From Laetmonice hystrix (Eukaryota): DNA of 64,000 nt. The stretch covers positions 49,726,001 to 49,790,000 of the forward strand of contig OZ249436.1 in the NCBI GenBank assembly GCA_965235115.1, written 5' to 3'. A program made the position numbers and the translations under genes. This document shows, piece after piece, positions 52,901 through 64,000 of this stretch. Numbering within the stretch: the first letter of the stretch is position 1; each line of letters starts with the position of its first letter. Under the pieces are notes generated by a model that was given only the letters and a program-made list of their open reading frames with translations, was not told the DNA's origin and did not search any database.

Positions 52901-55900
52901 GAGTTTAGTTCTTATCAGTTGCTTTTTGTCGTGTCCAAGAATAACCGTATAAGGTGTTTGGGGGAACAATCACTTGGGTTTGGCAGTTAGAGGTCATATA
53001 AACGCCGTACATTGTACGGATGTAGTACCAGTATGGGCAAGGGTATATGGGCCCATTTAGGACGTACAGGCACCACTATGGCATCACATTTCAGATAACA
53101 CGTGACAGTTTACCCTTGTATCCATTGCAAATCGGATCAGGTCGGCCGTTGCAAACCGGACACGATAAATTGTTTATGACTGTAGTGGAAGCCAGTTCTA
53201 GTCACTCGTGGCTTCCTTTATGCAAAGGTGGGGGACGTGGCAGAGATTCGCCTGCCCTCTGGTGGGAGATTTGTGAAACGCCGGCACACCAAACCGCGCC
53301 CGATGACTTCTCCCTGGTGGTGCCCTTTCTTGCGCTTAATAGTGTATTCTTTTCTCCACCAGATTAATGGTTCAAAAATGTTTATTGTACAGCGAGGCTG
53401 CTATCAGTATCAGTTCTAGCCCCAAATTAACAAAAAAAAACCATTTACATCTTCTATGTAAAAGACATGGGTCCCCACTCTCAACTACAACATATCTTTA
53501 AGGAATCGGTAACTGATGATTTTCATGATTATGCAAATGGCATAACATAATATAGTCGTAACCCCCGTTACAAGTACGACATGTCACCTGACCTATACCC
53601 AGTGTATTTGGTGTGTATGACCTTGACCTGGTTTTCTGATACTGGAACATGTTGCACGACACTGGTGGCATGGCACTGCCCTGACATCTGGTGGCAAATT
53701 GAAGCACTCCGCGGAGAAGCGCTCTGAAAATACAAGGGAAGGGTGTCGTGGTCAAGTTCAGTAAAAAAAAATAACATTAAGATATTTTGATTAGTTTTAC
53801 CGTGTGCTATTTAGGTCCTTTAACATTTTAGATGACAGGAACAAGTATTACAAATTTCCGAATCTCAAGATTAAAAAAAAATATATATATATTAGAAACA
53901 CGTTTTGATTGAGTTTACACAGAAAACATTCCCCGTCACTTGAAAATTTTCCCGAGAAATAATTGCCAACGTTATTTCAGCCTTGCTGGTTGAGAGTGAG
54001 GACGATGGAGGCATTAACCTGTTAAGTGACGATGACGAGGCAGAGCTGACTGAAAAGAAAGACACTGTAGTTGTCCTCGATCCTAGCCTAGAGGACAAAC
54101 TTCTGCAGCCTGATGACGCTGAGGATCCGGACGATGCTGGTGATGTGGACGAATCTGTTCTAGATGATCCAACCGATGTACCGTCTAGTGAAGATGTGTC
54201 GGGTAAGGACTGTGATAAAGAAACGCCTGACAAAGAGACAAGTTTAGGTGATGAATGTAGCCCAACAAATGTTAATGGACCAAAATGTACAGAAGAAAAC
54301 GGCGAAGAAGAAAGTGAGATGGAGTCTGAAGTTTTCTCAGAGGAGATTGAGAAGAATAAAAAGTCGCCAGCTGACAGTAAAACGCCCCCGATGTCGGGAA
54401 ATGATGAGGAGTTGGCCACAGGGGTTGAGAACACTGACAATGATGTCAAACCCAGTTCAGACCCTGAAGTAGATAAAGATAGTGGGGCCGATCCTCAGAG
54501 TTCAAATGATGCACTCATGAAGGAAGGTGAAGATCAGGTGGATCATGAGGAGTCGGAAGTCGCTCCCAAAGACAGTCAAACAAAAGATGGTAGTGATGAC
54601 GGCGCTGTGAAACAAGTCGAGATGGAGGATGCTGCTGCTGAAGAGGAGGCGGAGGAGGAAGATGATGATGATGAGGATGGAGAGAAACGTCCAGTCACAC
54701 CAGAGGACAACGCCTCACATACCAGTGGGTCCAAGTCAGAAATGTCGGAGAGTGGAGCCAAGAAGAGGAGGCCGACATCTCCACTGAGTACTGATTCTAC
54801 GTCTGGTCTGAAGAAGTCACGTCTGGATCAGGTCATAGGAAGGTTGGGCTCGGCCATTGGTATCAAACCACATGAGGTAGAGGAAGAGGACGTGGAAGAG
54901 GAGGAGGAAGAAGACAAGGAGAGTGATTTAAGTGAAGCCGCTGCTGCTAAAACTTCAGTTCCAGCAAGCCCACTCGATGGGAAGGAAGATACTGTAATGG
55001 AAACAAAGGTTGAGCCCAAGTCTGAGGTGCAGACTGAAACACAAAAGGACGTCAAGCCAGAAGACGTAGAAAAGAAAGCAGATGTGAAAAAGCTAAAAAA
55101 GCCGGATTCTTCAGGCGTCGTAACTGTCACGGCAGAGGTATGTCAAATTATACATTTTTCAACAGGGGTGGATCCAGAATTTGAGAAAGGAGGGGTACTT
55201 GAAGGAAGTCTGGCCAACAGATGAGAAATATCAATTGAGAAACACGTGATACGTTGGCAGTGGCGGGGTTGGGGTGGGAGCGGGGGGTAACACCCCGAAC
55301 CCACTTTTAGATCCGCCCGCATGACATAACCTCAGATGTGTCGTATTTAAATGAATCCTGAATGTAGAATTGTGAAATCCCTACGACGTTTTTAATGAGT
55401 GATCGCCAGTACGATCTAAATATAGCGTAATAATGTGGCTGGGATAAGAAATGATGTTGTGACATGTTTCAGGAACTCAATGAACTGTTGGTGAGACGGA
55501 TGACGGCTTTCCTAGAGACCTCCCGGGGTTCGGTGATAACCACTCTCCAGCGGAGAATCACAGAACTTCAGTCGTCTGTGGAACTGTGGCGAAGTCATGC
55601 CAAGCAGCTGGCCATGCAGGTGACCGAACTGTCCAGCAAACAGCTTGGACGTCGCAGATCCTCCGGTAGAAACGTCATGAAACGTAACATGGCAATCCAG
55701 GTGGATGAGAAAACTCAAGTGAGTAGAATGAGTTATACTCAGGGTATGGAGGTTCAGTGAGCTGGGCGGTTGTCGAGGTTTATTATGTGATTTCATGATG
55801 TTTTGTGTTAATGGCAGCATGTTATCAGAAGTATTTCCATTGTTATAATATTGTTAGCGAGCTTGTGCAGATAAATCAATCTGAATGTTGACCAAAGTAT

Positions 55901-58900
55901 CTGATCATGTGGAGGCCCCACATAGTACATTTAGAGATGATCTGTCAAACATTATCAGAACTAAATCGATTTTAATGTCAGTTCGCCATTAGAATTATTC
56001 ATTGTAGTATAGGGAAAATCCTGCATCAAGACAATAGCAAGCAACCAAATGGTGGCGAGAATTTGTAAGCTTGTCTTACGACCACACAGGGACGGGTTGT
56101 AAAGACAACAGCAAGCAACCAAATGGTGGCGAGAATTTGTAAGCTTCTCTTACGACCACACAGGGACGGGTTGTAAGGACGTCGATGGTATTGTGCGGGA
56201 AAGTTTGAAATCTGGCCACCAGCTGGCAGCACTGCACGGCGCTCATTGAGAGACTGAGTCGGACTATGCCACCAGGGGGTGTCCTTTGTTCGTCTGGTTG
56301 GAGATTGGTGTGTCTGGGCCCTGTGCCAGCCACATCGGAATGGGCGGGGGAGGATGGGGTGTGTTTGACACCCGGATAATGGCTTGACACAGAGGGAGTA
56401 CTGCGGGGGAGGCAGCAGCCCCCATGATTCTCTGCCTAGGGTAGGGTAAACTTGTAAAGATAAAGATTACACAACTGACCCTTTCCGAGGGTAGCGAGAG
56501 GGTAGTGTTTTACACCCAGATAATGGCTTGACACAGAGGGAGTACTGCGGGGGAGGCAGCAGCCCCCATGATTCTCTGCCTAGGGTAGGGTAACTAAACT
56601 TGTAAAGATAGAGATTACACAACTGACCCTTTCCGAGGGTAGCGAGAGGGTAGTGTTTGACACCCGGATAATGGCTTGACACAGAGGGAGTACTGCGGGG
56701 GAGGCAGCAGCCCCCATGATTCTCTGCCTAGGGTAGGGTAAACTTGTAAAGATAGAGATTACACAACTGACCCTTTCCGAGGGTAGAATCTTTCTGAGAT
56801 ATTGAAGAACTTCTTGTGATGGAAGGTCTATACCATTGATTTACGGAAGGTCTATACCATTGATGTACGGAAGGTCTATACCATTGATGTACGGAAGGTC
56901 TATACCATTGATTTACGGAAGGTCTATACCATTGATTTACGGAAGGTCTATACCATTGATGTACGGAAGGTCTATACCATTGATTTACGGAAGGTCTATA
57001 CCATTGATTTACGGAAGGTCTATACCATTGATTTATGGAAGGTCTATACCATTGATTTACGGAAGGTCTATACCATTGATTTATGGAAGGTCTATACCAT
57101 TGATTTACGGAAGGTCTATACCATTGATTTACGGAAGGTCTATACCATTGATTTACGGAAGGTCTATACCATTGATTTACTGAAGGTCTATACCATTGAT
57201 TTACGTGTCAGTGGTGATATGGTCTGTGGTACGAAGAAGTGTGAGGTTTCTTTCAGTGTATTGAAGCCAACCTTTCATTTCATGATGGATGTCCTGCAAT
57301 ACTGAAGTAATTATCAGTCGTTATCTTAATACCAATTAACAGTCGTACGTCATGTTTAATTTAACTTCGTTAATTTCGTTAAAGTGGCAAGGGAAACATC
57401 AGAGGTGCATTGGCCGTCTAGATGGGTATGGGAAAGGGTGTCGATAACTTAGTCAAGCCAGGGTCAGATTGGAGGGATAGATATGTAAGTACAAAATGTA
57501 CATGGGTGGAGCCTGCTGCGAGTCCATAGGTGGAGCCCTGCTGTGAGTCCATGGGTGGAGACCTGCTGTGAGTCCATGGGTGGAGCCCTGCTGTGAGTCC
57601 ATGGGTGGAGACCTGCTGTGAGTCCATGGGTGGAGCCCTGCTGTGAGTCCATGGGTGGAGCCTGCTGTGAGTCCATGGGTGGAGCCCTGCTGTGAGTCCA
57701 TGGGTGGAGCCCTGCTGTGAGTCCATGGGTGGAGCCCTGCTGTGAGTCCATGGGTGGAGCCTGCTGTGAGTCCATGGGTGGAGCCCTGCTGTGAGTCCAT
57801 AGGTGGAGCCCTGCTGTGAGTCCATGGGTGGAGCCCTGCTGTGAGTCCATGGGTGGAGCCCTGCTGTGAGTTCATGGGTGGAGCCCTGCTGTGAGTCCAT
57901 GGGTGGAGCCCTGCTGTGAGTCCATGGGTGGAGCCCTGCTGTGAGTCCATGGGTGGAGTCCTGCTGTGAGTCCATGGGTGGAGCCCTGCTGTGAGTCCAT
58001 GGGTGGAGCCCTGCTGTGAGTCCATGGGTGGAGCCCTGCTGTGAGTCCATGGATGGAGCCCTGCTGTGAGTCCATGGGTGGAGCCCTGCTGTGAGTCCAT
58101 GGGTGGAGCCCTGCTGTGAGTTCATGGGTGGAGCCCTGCTGTGAGTCCATGGGTGGAGCCCTGCTGTGAGTCCACTGTGAGTCCATGGGTGGAGCCCTGC
58201 TGTGAGTCCATGGGTGGAGCCCTGCTGTGAGTTCATGGGTGGAGCCCTGCTGTGAGTCCATGGGTGGAGCCCTGCTGTGAGTCCATGGGTGGAGCCCTGC
58301 TGTGAGTCCATGGGTGGAGCCCTGCTGTGAGTCCATGGGTGGAGCCCTGCTGTGAGTCCATGGGTGGAGCCCTGCTGTGAGTCCATGGGTGGAGCCCTGC
58401 TGTGAGTCCACTGTGAGTCCATGGGTGGAACCCTGCTGTGAGTCCATGGGTGGAGCCCTGCTGTGAGTCCATAGGTGGAGCCCTGCTGTGAGTTCATGGG
58501 TGGAGCCCTGCTGTGAGTCCATGGGTGAAGCCCTGCTGTGAGTCAGTCCATGGGTGGAGCCCTGCTGTGAGTCCACTGTGAGTCCATGGGTGGAGCCCTG
58601 CTGTGAGTCCATGGGTGGAGCCCTGCTGTGAGTCCATGGGTGGAGCCCTGCTGTGAGTCCATGGGTGGAGTCCTGCTGTGAGTCCATGGGTGGAGCCCTG
58701 CTGTGAGTCCATGGGTGGAGTCCTGCTGGGAGTCCATGGGTGGAGCCCTGCTGTGAGTCCATGGGTGGAGTCCTGCTGGGAGTCCATGGGTGGAGCCCTG
58801 CTGTGAGTCCATGGGTGGAGTCCTGCTGGGAGTCCATGGGTGGAGCCCTGCTGTGAGTCCATGGGTGGAGCCCTGCTGTGAGTCCACTGTGAGTCCATGG

Positions 58901-61900
58901 GTGGAGCCCTGCTGTGAGTCCATGGGTGGAGCCCTGCTGTGAGTCCATGGGTGGAGCCCTGCTGTAAGTTTCAGATTGTGTCTCAGTGTGGGTGTGTGGG
59001 TGTGCAGATATTGGCATACCGCGAGCGTGGTGAATGTGTGGGAGTAGGTGAGCAGAGCCAGGCACTCTAATTGACGTCACACAAAATGGTATACGATTAG
59101 ATCAACTCTCCCCTTGGTAAGCCATGATAATCCATACCCAACTGCGAGTCTGAATAGATTATTAGATTTCTGTGTGAGGTGAGAGTAAATCATATCGGAG
59201 TTCAGGTTGTTTCAAGTATTGACGTTGTCCTGGTACCTGACTACAATAAACCTCGTGAACATAGAACATCAGAGTACGTTACAGCACGATGTCTGTCGTG
59301 ATAAAAAAAAATACAGAGAGAAATATGTTTGTTCCAGAACTTCTGGGCCTGAAAACAGAATAAAACGAATCGTCGGTGTGATATTATACAAATTGGGAAA
59401 TATTATAATGTGTTGATGTATTTTACATTAATATATTTTAGATATTATATAAAATACTGTGTGCAATATAGTTAGTATAATGGCGAAAAGGGAGCTGGAT
59501 TTGGCGTCACATTTGAAAGGCAGTAAATCAGGAAAGAGGATTATCATGGTTACTTCGTAAGTGTTCAACGGCGGGATAGTGTAGGTCTTATAACGTATTC
59601 TTACTAGGATTTGTCTATTTACATTTGTGAATCTTAATTTATACATGATCCAGTAGGTGACCCAAACACCCACCTCCACACACAAGGCGGCCGCTCCAAC
59701 TGTTCACTTACAGCCCCTCCCTCCCGCCTCCCTAGCTCACTCCCACGCAGTGATGTGAGGAATGTTTGTAAACAGACAGGGCGGAAGAAGACGAAGAACT
59801 GAGTTGTTGGTTCTTTAACATTCAGGCCAATTAAACTTGTTACCAATGTAGTAATCCGGCTTGTTAAGCACGATCAGAGTGCGTTGGCTGTATTATGTCT
59901 GCCGATCAAGCTTTAGTTGCCATGTGCCAGGTGTGCCAGCCTCCTGTGCCGGCCTCCTGGTAGGCAGCCTGCCCCCCGCCCGCCGGGGCTGTGTGGGAGA
60001 GGAGACGGATACCGCCCCTGACGGCACTGGGACTGATCGCCGACGTCAGACACCCACGCCCCGCACCCACGCCTCCACCTGCCGGCCGCCGCGGTGTGTG
60101 GTGGTCGGTGTGTGTCTGGGGGTGGGTGCATGGCAGAGACAACCTCTGGTACCGTCGTGTCTGCGACTGAGCAGCAAGCAGTCATGCAGACAGAAAAGCA
60201 CTGGTCGTCACAGTGAGAACCATGAGGAAGAGACCCAGGGAGGATCTATTACCCCACTTTGCCGGGGAGACACCCTACAAGAAACAATGCTCTGTTAACA
60301 TTACCACACCTGGGAGTCGGCTGGGACATCAGGACCATGACAACCCAACTTGTGCAGAAAGTCGAGCTGGTTCCCCCGGAACGGGAGTTACTCCACCAGT
60401 GTCACCTAGAAACGCACTCTCACCATCAGTGCCGGTACCTATACGGACACCAGCATCGTCGTCCAGTTCATCAGAGGTCAGGGGTCACTGTGATGTTCTG
60501 CCCCCAACCCGCCAGCCACCTCAAGGATCGGCACAGATTCATCACGATTCTGGGCCGCACCTAAAGGTTGCAAAGTCGGAAACTTATCGGTCCGGACCAC
60601 AGCCACAGTCACGGCCACAGTCACATCCTCAATCACCACACTCTACAGGTCGGCTGCAAGAGTCGGGACCACAGCCACAACCACAGTCACAACCACAGCT
60701 ACAGTCACAACCACAGCTACAGTCACACTCACAGTCACCAAACTCTCCAAGTCGGCTGCAAGAGTCGGGACCACAACCACAGCAACAGTCACGGCTACAG
60801 TCACAGTCACCAAACTGTCCAGGTCGGCTGCAAGAGTCGGGACCACAGCCACAGTCACGGCTACAATTACCGGTACATCCACAGTCACCACACCCTACAG
60901 GTCGGCTACAAAAGTCGGGACCACAGCCACAACCACAGCCACAGTCACAGCTACAGTCACAGTCACCACACTCTATAGGTCGGCTGCAAAAGTCGGGACC
61001 ACAACCACAGCCACACCCACATCTACAGTCCCAGCCACATCCAGGATCACAGCATCAGCTACCTTCAAAGTCACAGCCGCAGCTGCAGTCAGGATCACAG
61101 CCACAGCTGCATTCCCAATCACAGCCACAGCTGCATTCAAAGTTACAGCCGCAGACAAAATCACAGAAACTGTCCTTGCATTATTCAGGACCGCTGCTGC
61201 AGACTTTACAGTCACAGTTGCAATCCAAACCACAGCGGGTCTCGGGATCACAGTCACAACCTGAGCCGCTACCACAGTCACAATCTGAGACACAGTCGCA
61301 ATCTGAGACACAGTCAGAGTCTGAGACACAGTCACAGACCCAGCCCAAGCCAACCCCCCACCTGCGGTCACAGTCGCCGTCCCAGTCACCGTCCCAGTCA
61401 GGCCAATCTCAGAGGAGTGGACCACAGCATCAGCCGCAGACACAGCCCACTCCAGAACAAATCCAGAATCCGGTATCCTTCACAACGTGGTTCCAAAACC
61501 TGGAAAGGTTTATGGTAAATACTAAGTATGTGCCAGTGTTGGGGCTGTGGTCTTTGTGAAGGTTATATCTGGGAAAGCACTCAGTTACTCAGGAAGTCGT
61601 TGTGATAATCCCCCACGGAAGCGGTGGTGAGGTGGCGTGGTTGAGTTGAACGAGTCCAGAGTAAGCGGGACTGAGTGGGCGGGATGTGTGGGCAGTGGGA
61701 GTGTGGGCAGTGTTGGGGTCGGCAGGCAGGTAAACATAGCTACAGTGATCTGCAAAAACCTAGCAAGTCCACTTTGCCTCATTTTGAGAAAACTGGGACA
61801 AACAAACCATTCCTCCCATTGAGGTGCATGCAAACGCTAGGTTTCTTCAGGTCAATAACTATGAATTGCGTAGAGTTCTGATCACTTGTATAGGACTATA

Positions 61901-64000
61901 TGAAAGGGCAAAACGTAGTAAGTCCAAAAATGAGACTAACTCAAATTGGACAAAAACTCGACTTACTAGGTTTTTCCAAATCACTGTAGATAGGCACCGT
62001 CACCATGTGGCTACACAGCAACAACGGCCTCTTGAAATCCACCCTCACTGTCGTCACGATCGACAACACCAACCTGTAGTTAGGGACCACATCCACGGCC
62101 CGTGGAGGCCACAGGTCGGGCACCTAGCTGATACTCAAAGTGACATGTAGACATGGTTGTCCCAAACTCTGTGTAATGAGATATGGGGCCCCGATGTGGG
62201 AATATGCTGCCGGTATTAGAGCGATCAAAAGGTACTCCCGTCTACAATACAATCGTTTGTTACGTTGTATTGTGTAGTGTGGTGGAGAACATTAATATAC
62301 AGATGAGGGAGGGTGGTCGGGTGACTGTAGGTGGTTCGGGTAGTTTCCCTATCATAGCCGATCTCTTTATTTTGTTACGTACGCCGCCCCAGACTGAGTG
62401 GGCGGGATGGTTGGTTGGTACAGTTGACATGGATGCGGGTCGGGCTGCACGGCTACCCGCCACGACTACAGCCAGATCCCGAGTATCAGTGTCAATACCA
62501 TACATTGTTAATATCGTACTCATGACCTTGAACTCATTAGGCTGTAATAACATCCCCGTTTCAGGAATTACTCAATAAAGTTATGGGTAATGTCATACCA
62601 GTGGTTGTCCAACAACGGGGACATCCTCACATTAATAGAATGACTGGCGTAAATTTTTGATCTCGATGTGTCAGTTAATACATGATCTTATCATGACGTT
62701 ATGGGAAGTCCTGGCGAGACGGATTGAATATTAGAACTCCGTAATGGAAGGGTAACTCCATGCATGTCATAGAATAACAGATGTCTGGAAATGGACGAAG
62801 GTAATTGTTCTCATACAATACATGTGTGGTTGATATCACCCGAAAGTTTGTTCAGTTGATGAATCCCAGACAAATGTTGTCGCAAACAAAAGGAGGTGAT
62901 GGTTCATGTTGTTGCACAGTTTAAATGACATTAATAAATTAAATTTAATAATATGTAACGGAATTATTGCATTGTTTCCAGATGAAGAACTTGGTGGCAT
63001 TTAATGTGTGTCCGTGTTCACAGGAAAAAGAAATAAGTTGTTTAGTATGTATGTAATGTCCAAAATGTCCAATCCACATATCTTGACCACCCGGTTGTGT
63101 CTGTTACAGAAACAGGTAGCCTTGCTGCAAAACTCGAGTGCCGGAAAGGTTACAATCCGTACTCCTCCCCGTGTCACGCCGCCCAAGTCCAGCCCAGTGT
63201 CAGTCGCCTCGGGCACACAACCCACACCCATAGCGCCAGCCACGGTTAGTTCACCGTACTCGATGGTCTCGATCCATCTTTAATTTCAAACAAATCTTTG
63301 TTATGGATGAGCAGTTTATAGCGCATTTCGATCCCCTTTAAACGATTCTAATGTGATTGTATTGTCCGGCCTTGGATCGTTATAATCACGTATTCTGGTG
63401 ATAGTAAACGGACCGCTTGTCTTTCATAAAGAGGTCTTTATAACCAAACCGTACCAGACATTTCCCAATTTAAAGGTGAAATCAAAGTTGTTTGCCACCA
63501 TTATAAAGTCCAGCTAAAAAGATAATACTTTTCATGCCAGCACCTGTCGGGCCACAAGTTTTAACCCTATCCAATGAGCATTTTCTGGTATAGACCTTTA
63601 TGAATCATGTTTCCATCATTCAATTAAAATTTAAGAGCCTCCAGAAGATAAAATGTTGACTCAGTGGTGTCAATTTATTTGAGCAGTTGAGAAGTCCGAA
63701 CGCGAGCCTGGTGAAGACAGCCACAGTGCGAGATCTACTAGACAAACAGCGTAGTGATGGTGGCATTATCACCACCACCACCACTACCAAGAGTGGAGCC
63801 AAGAGTCAGACAGTATCCATCCCCCCAGGCTCCCGGATCATGGTATCAGGGGCACAGATTCTACCCCGGGGTACAATCGTCAACACAGTCCGCCAGTCAG
63901 GGGGTGTAAGCTCGACGGTGGTCGGCCGCCCACAACCCGTCACCGTCGTCAAGGGCGTCATCGACCTCACCGACGACGTCGAAGACGCCCGTAACAAGGA
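49990..64000 (+). CDS. ATF7IP: ATF7IP/MCAF1/Windei-like SETDB1 cofactor (3'-incomplete)
   Basis: Phase-consistent exons 49986(ATG 49990)-50032, 51512-52252, 53981-55137, 55473-55718, 63110-63244, 63687 to beyond 64000. Long acidic N-terminus, KKRRP NLS-like motif, helical exon ELNELLVRRM..ITTLQRRITELQSSVELWR, S/T/P-rich linker, and KGVIDLTDDVED matching the ATF7IP-type SIM. The expected C-terminal FN3 domain would be outside the window. Confidence 0.78.
50151..50404. mobile_element. Harbinger-like MITE
   Basis: GCCCGCCGTA ... TACGGCGGGC terminal inverted repeats, with internal CCCGA/TCGGG repeats. Confidence 0.6.
50405..51330 (+). repeat. Degenerate ~48-53 bp tandem repeat interrupted by a SINE
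   Basis: Recurrent CAGTGTTCTCCC(A/G)TT(A/G)AGATAG..TAGTACTACTTATA, roughly 13 copies. Confidence 0.9.
50801..51030 (+). mobile_element. tRNA-derived SINE
   Basis: A box TGGCCGAGTGG, B box GGTTCGATCCC, non-tRNA body, 3' end GGCGTTAAACTCCAAA. Target-site duplication (CCC)GTTAAAATA at 50792-50800 and 51031-51039. Confidence 0.85.
51512..52252 (+). CDS. ATF7IP: ATF7IP-like coding exon 2
   Basis: Acceptor TTTTTCAG at 51511, open frame, donor AG|GTAAGG; phase 1-1. Confidence 0.8.
53981..55137 (+). CDS. ATF7IP: ATF7IP-like coding exon 3 (D/E-rich)
   Basis: Acceptor ATTTCAG at 53980, ORF 53983-55224, donor GAG|GTATGT. Confidence 0.85.
56028..56176 (+). repeat. Tandem duplication, ~74 bp x 2
   Basis: AAGACAAYAGCAAGCAACCAAATGGTGGCGAG..GGGACGGGTTGTA occurs twice. 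Confidence 0.9.
56361..56786 (+). repeat. Tandem repeat, ~144-148 bp x 3
   Basis: Units start at 56361, 56505 and 56653 (GTGTTTGACACCCGGATAATGG..ACCCTTTCCGAGGGTAG). Confidence 0.93.
56821..57204 (+). repeat. Minisatellite, 24 bp x 16
   Basis: Unit GGAAGGTCTATACCATTGATTTAC with G/T and C/T variants; no spacers. Confidence 0.97.
57501..58965 (+). repeat. GC-rich minisatellite, 25 bp x ~58
   Basis: Unit CATGGGTGGAGCCCTGCTGTGAGTC with recurrent variant units. Confidence 0.97.
60222..61559 (+). CDS. Intronic Q/S/P-rich repeat ORF, candidate alternative exon of the ATF7IP-like gene
   Basis: Open for 446 codons from ATG 60222. Phase-0 donor ATG|GTAAAT at 61514/61515 is compatible with the exon at 63110. 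No recognisable domain. Confidence 0.45.
   Translation: MRKRPREDLLPHFAGETPYKKQCSVNITTPGSRLGHQDHDNPTCAESRAGSPGTGVTPPVSPRNALSPSVPVPIRTPASSSSSSEVRGHCDVLPPTRQPPQGSAQIHHDSGPHLKVAKSETYRSGPQPQSRPQSHPQSPHSTGRLQESGPQPQPQSQPQLQSQPQLQSHSQSPNSPSRLQESGPQPQQQSRLQSQSPNCPGRLQESGPQPQSRLQLPVHPQSPHPTGRLQKSGPQPQPQPQSQLQSQSPHSIGRLQKSGPQPQPHPHLQSQPHPGSQHQLPSKSQPQLQSGSQPQLHSQSQPQLHSKLQPQTKSQKLSLHYSGPLLQTLQSQLQSKPQRVSGSQSQPEPLPQSQSETQSQSETQSESETQSQTQPKPTPHLRSQSPSQSPSQSGQSQRSGPQHQPQTQPTPEQIQNPVSFTTWFQNLERFMVNTKYVPVLGLWSL
61743..61986. mobile_element. Tc1/mariner-type MITE
   Basis: TA|CAGTGATCTGCAAAAACCTAGCAAGTC ... GACTTACTAGGTTTTTCCAAATCACTG|TA. Confidence 0.8.

Noticed and set aside
56821..57204. CRISPR-like regular 24-bp repeat and ORF (YGRSIPLI)n
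   Set aside because: Units abut with no unique spacers, there are no cas genes, and the context is a eukaryotic intron. The ORF is a by-product of a stop-free 24-bp unit.
57418..59080. Long minus-strand ORFs (up to 402 aa, MDSQQGSTHGLTAGLHPWTHSRAPP repeats)
   Set aside because: All three frames are open because the 25-bp minisatellite has no stop on that strand.
60568..60978. His/Ser-rich ORF (HSHSHG..)
   Set aside because: Alternative frame of the CACAGTCA-rich repeats in the longer Q/S/P ORF; it has a non-ATG start and no splice support.

Overview
Eukaryotic (animal, probably invertebrate bilaterian) genomic DNA with three recognisable genes. (1) 38-17518 (+): a HELZ2-like gene. I traced 27 phase-consistent GT-AG exons by hand (~3,520 codons); the gene is open at the 5' edge. 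Domain order is a Trp-punctuated polyQ tract, a ZC3H7-like zinc-finger array, UPF1-like SF1 helicase 1, an RNB (RNase II) nuclease with an intact catalytic motif, and SF1 helicase 2. (2) 20712-21332 (-): an intronless, solitary linker histone of H1.0/H5/H1-delta type, with TATA and H1 box and no histone stem-loop. (3) 49990 to beyond 64000 (+): a probable ATF7IP/MCAF1/Windei-like gene (acidic N-terminus, coiled-coil exon, GVIDLTDD SUMO-interacting motif), truncated at the window end. The ~28 kb between H1 and the ATF7IP start exon is non-coding, rich in non-autonomous DNA transposons and strongly enriched in the palindrome (T)AGGCCT(A). Introns carry several minisatellites, a tRNA-derived SINE bracketed by G21/C18 runs, and a 446-codon Q/S/P-repeat ORF that could be an alternative first exon. 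There is no CRISPR array, rRNA, bona fide tRNA or prokaryotic system. All calls are by eye; no database search was run.
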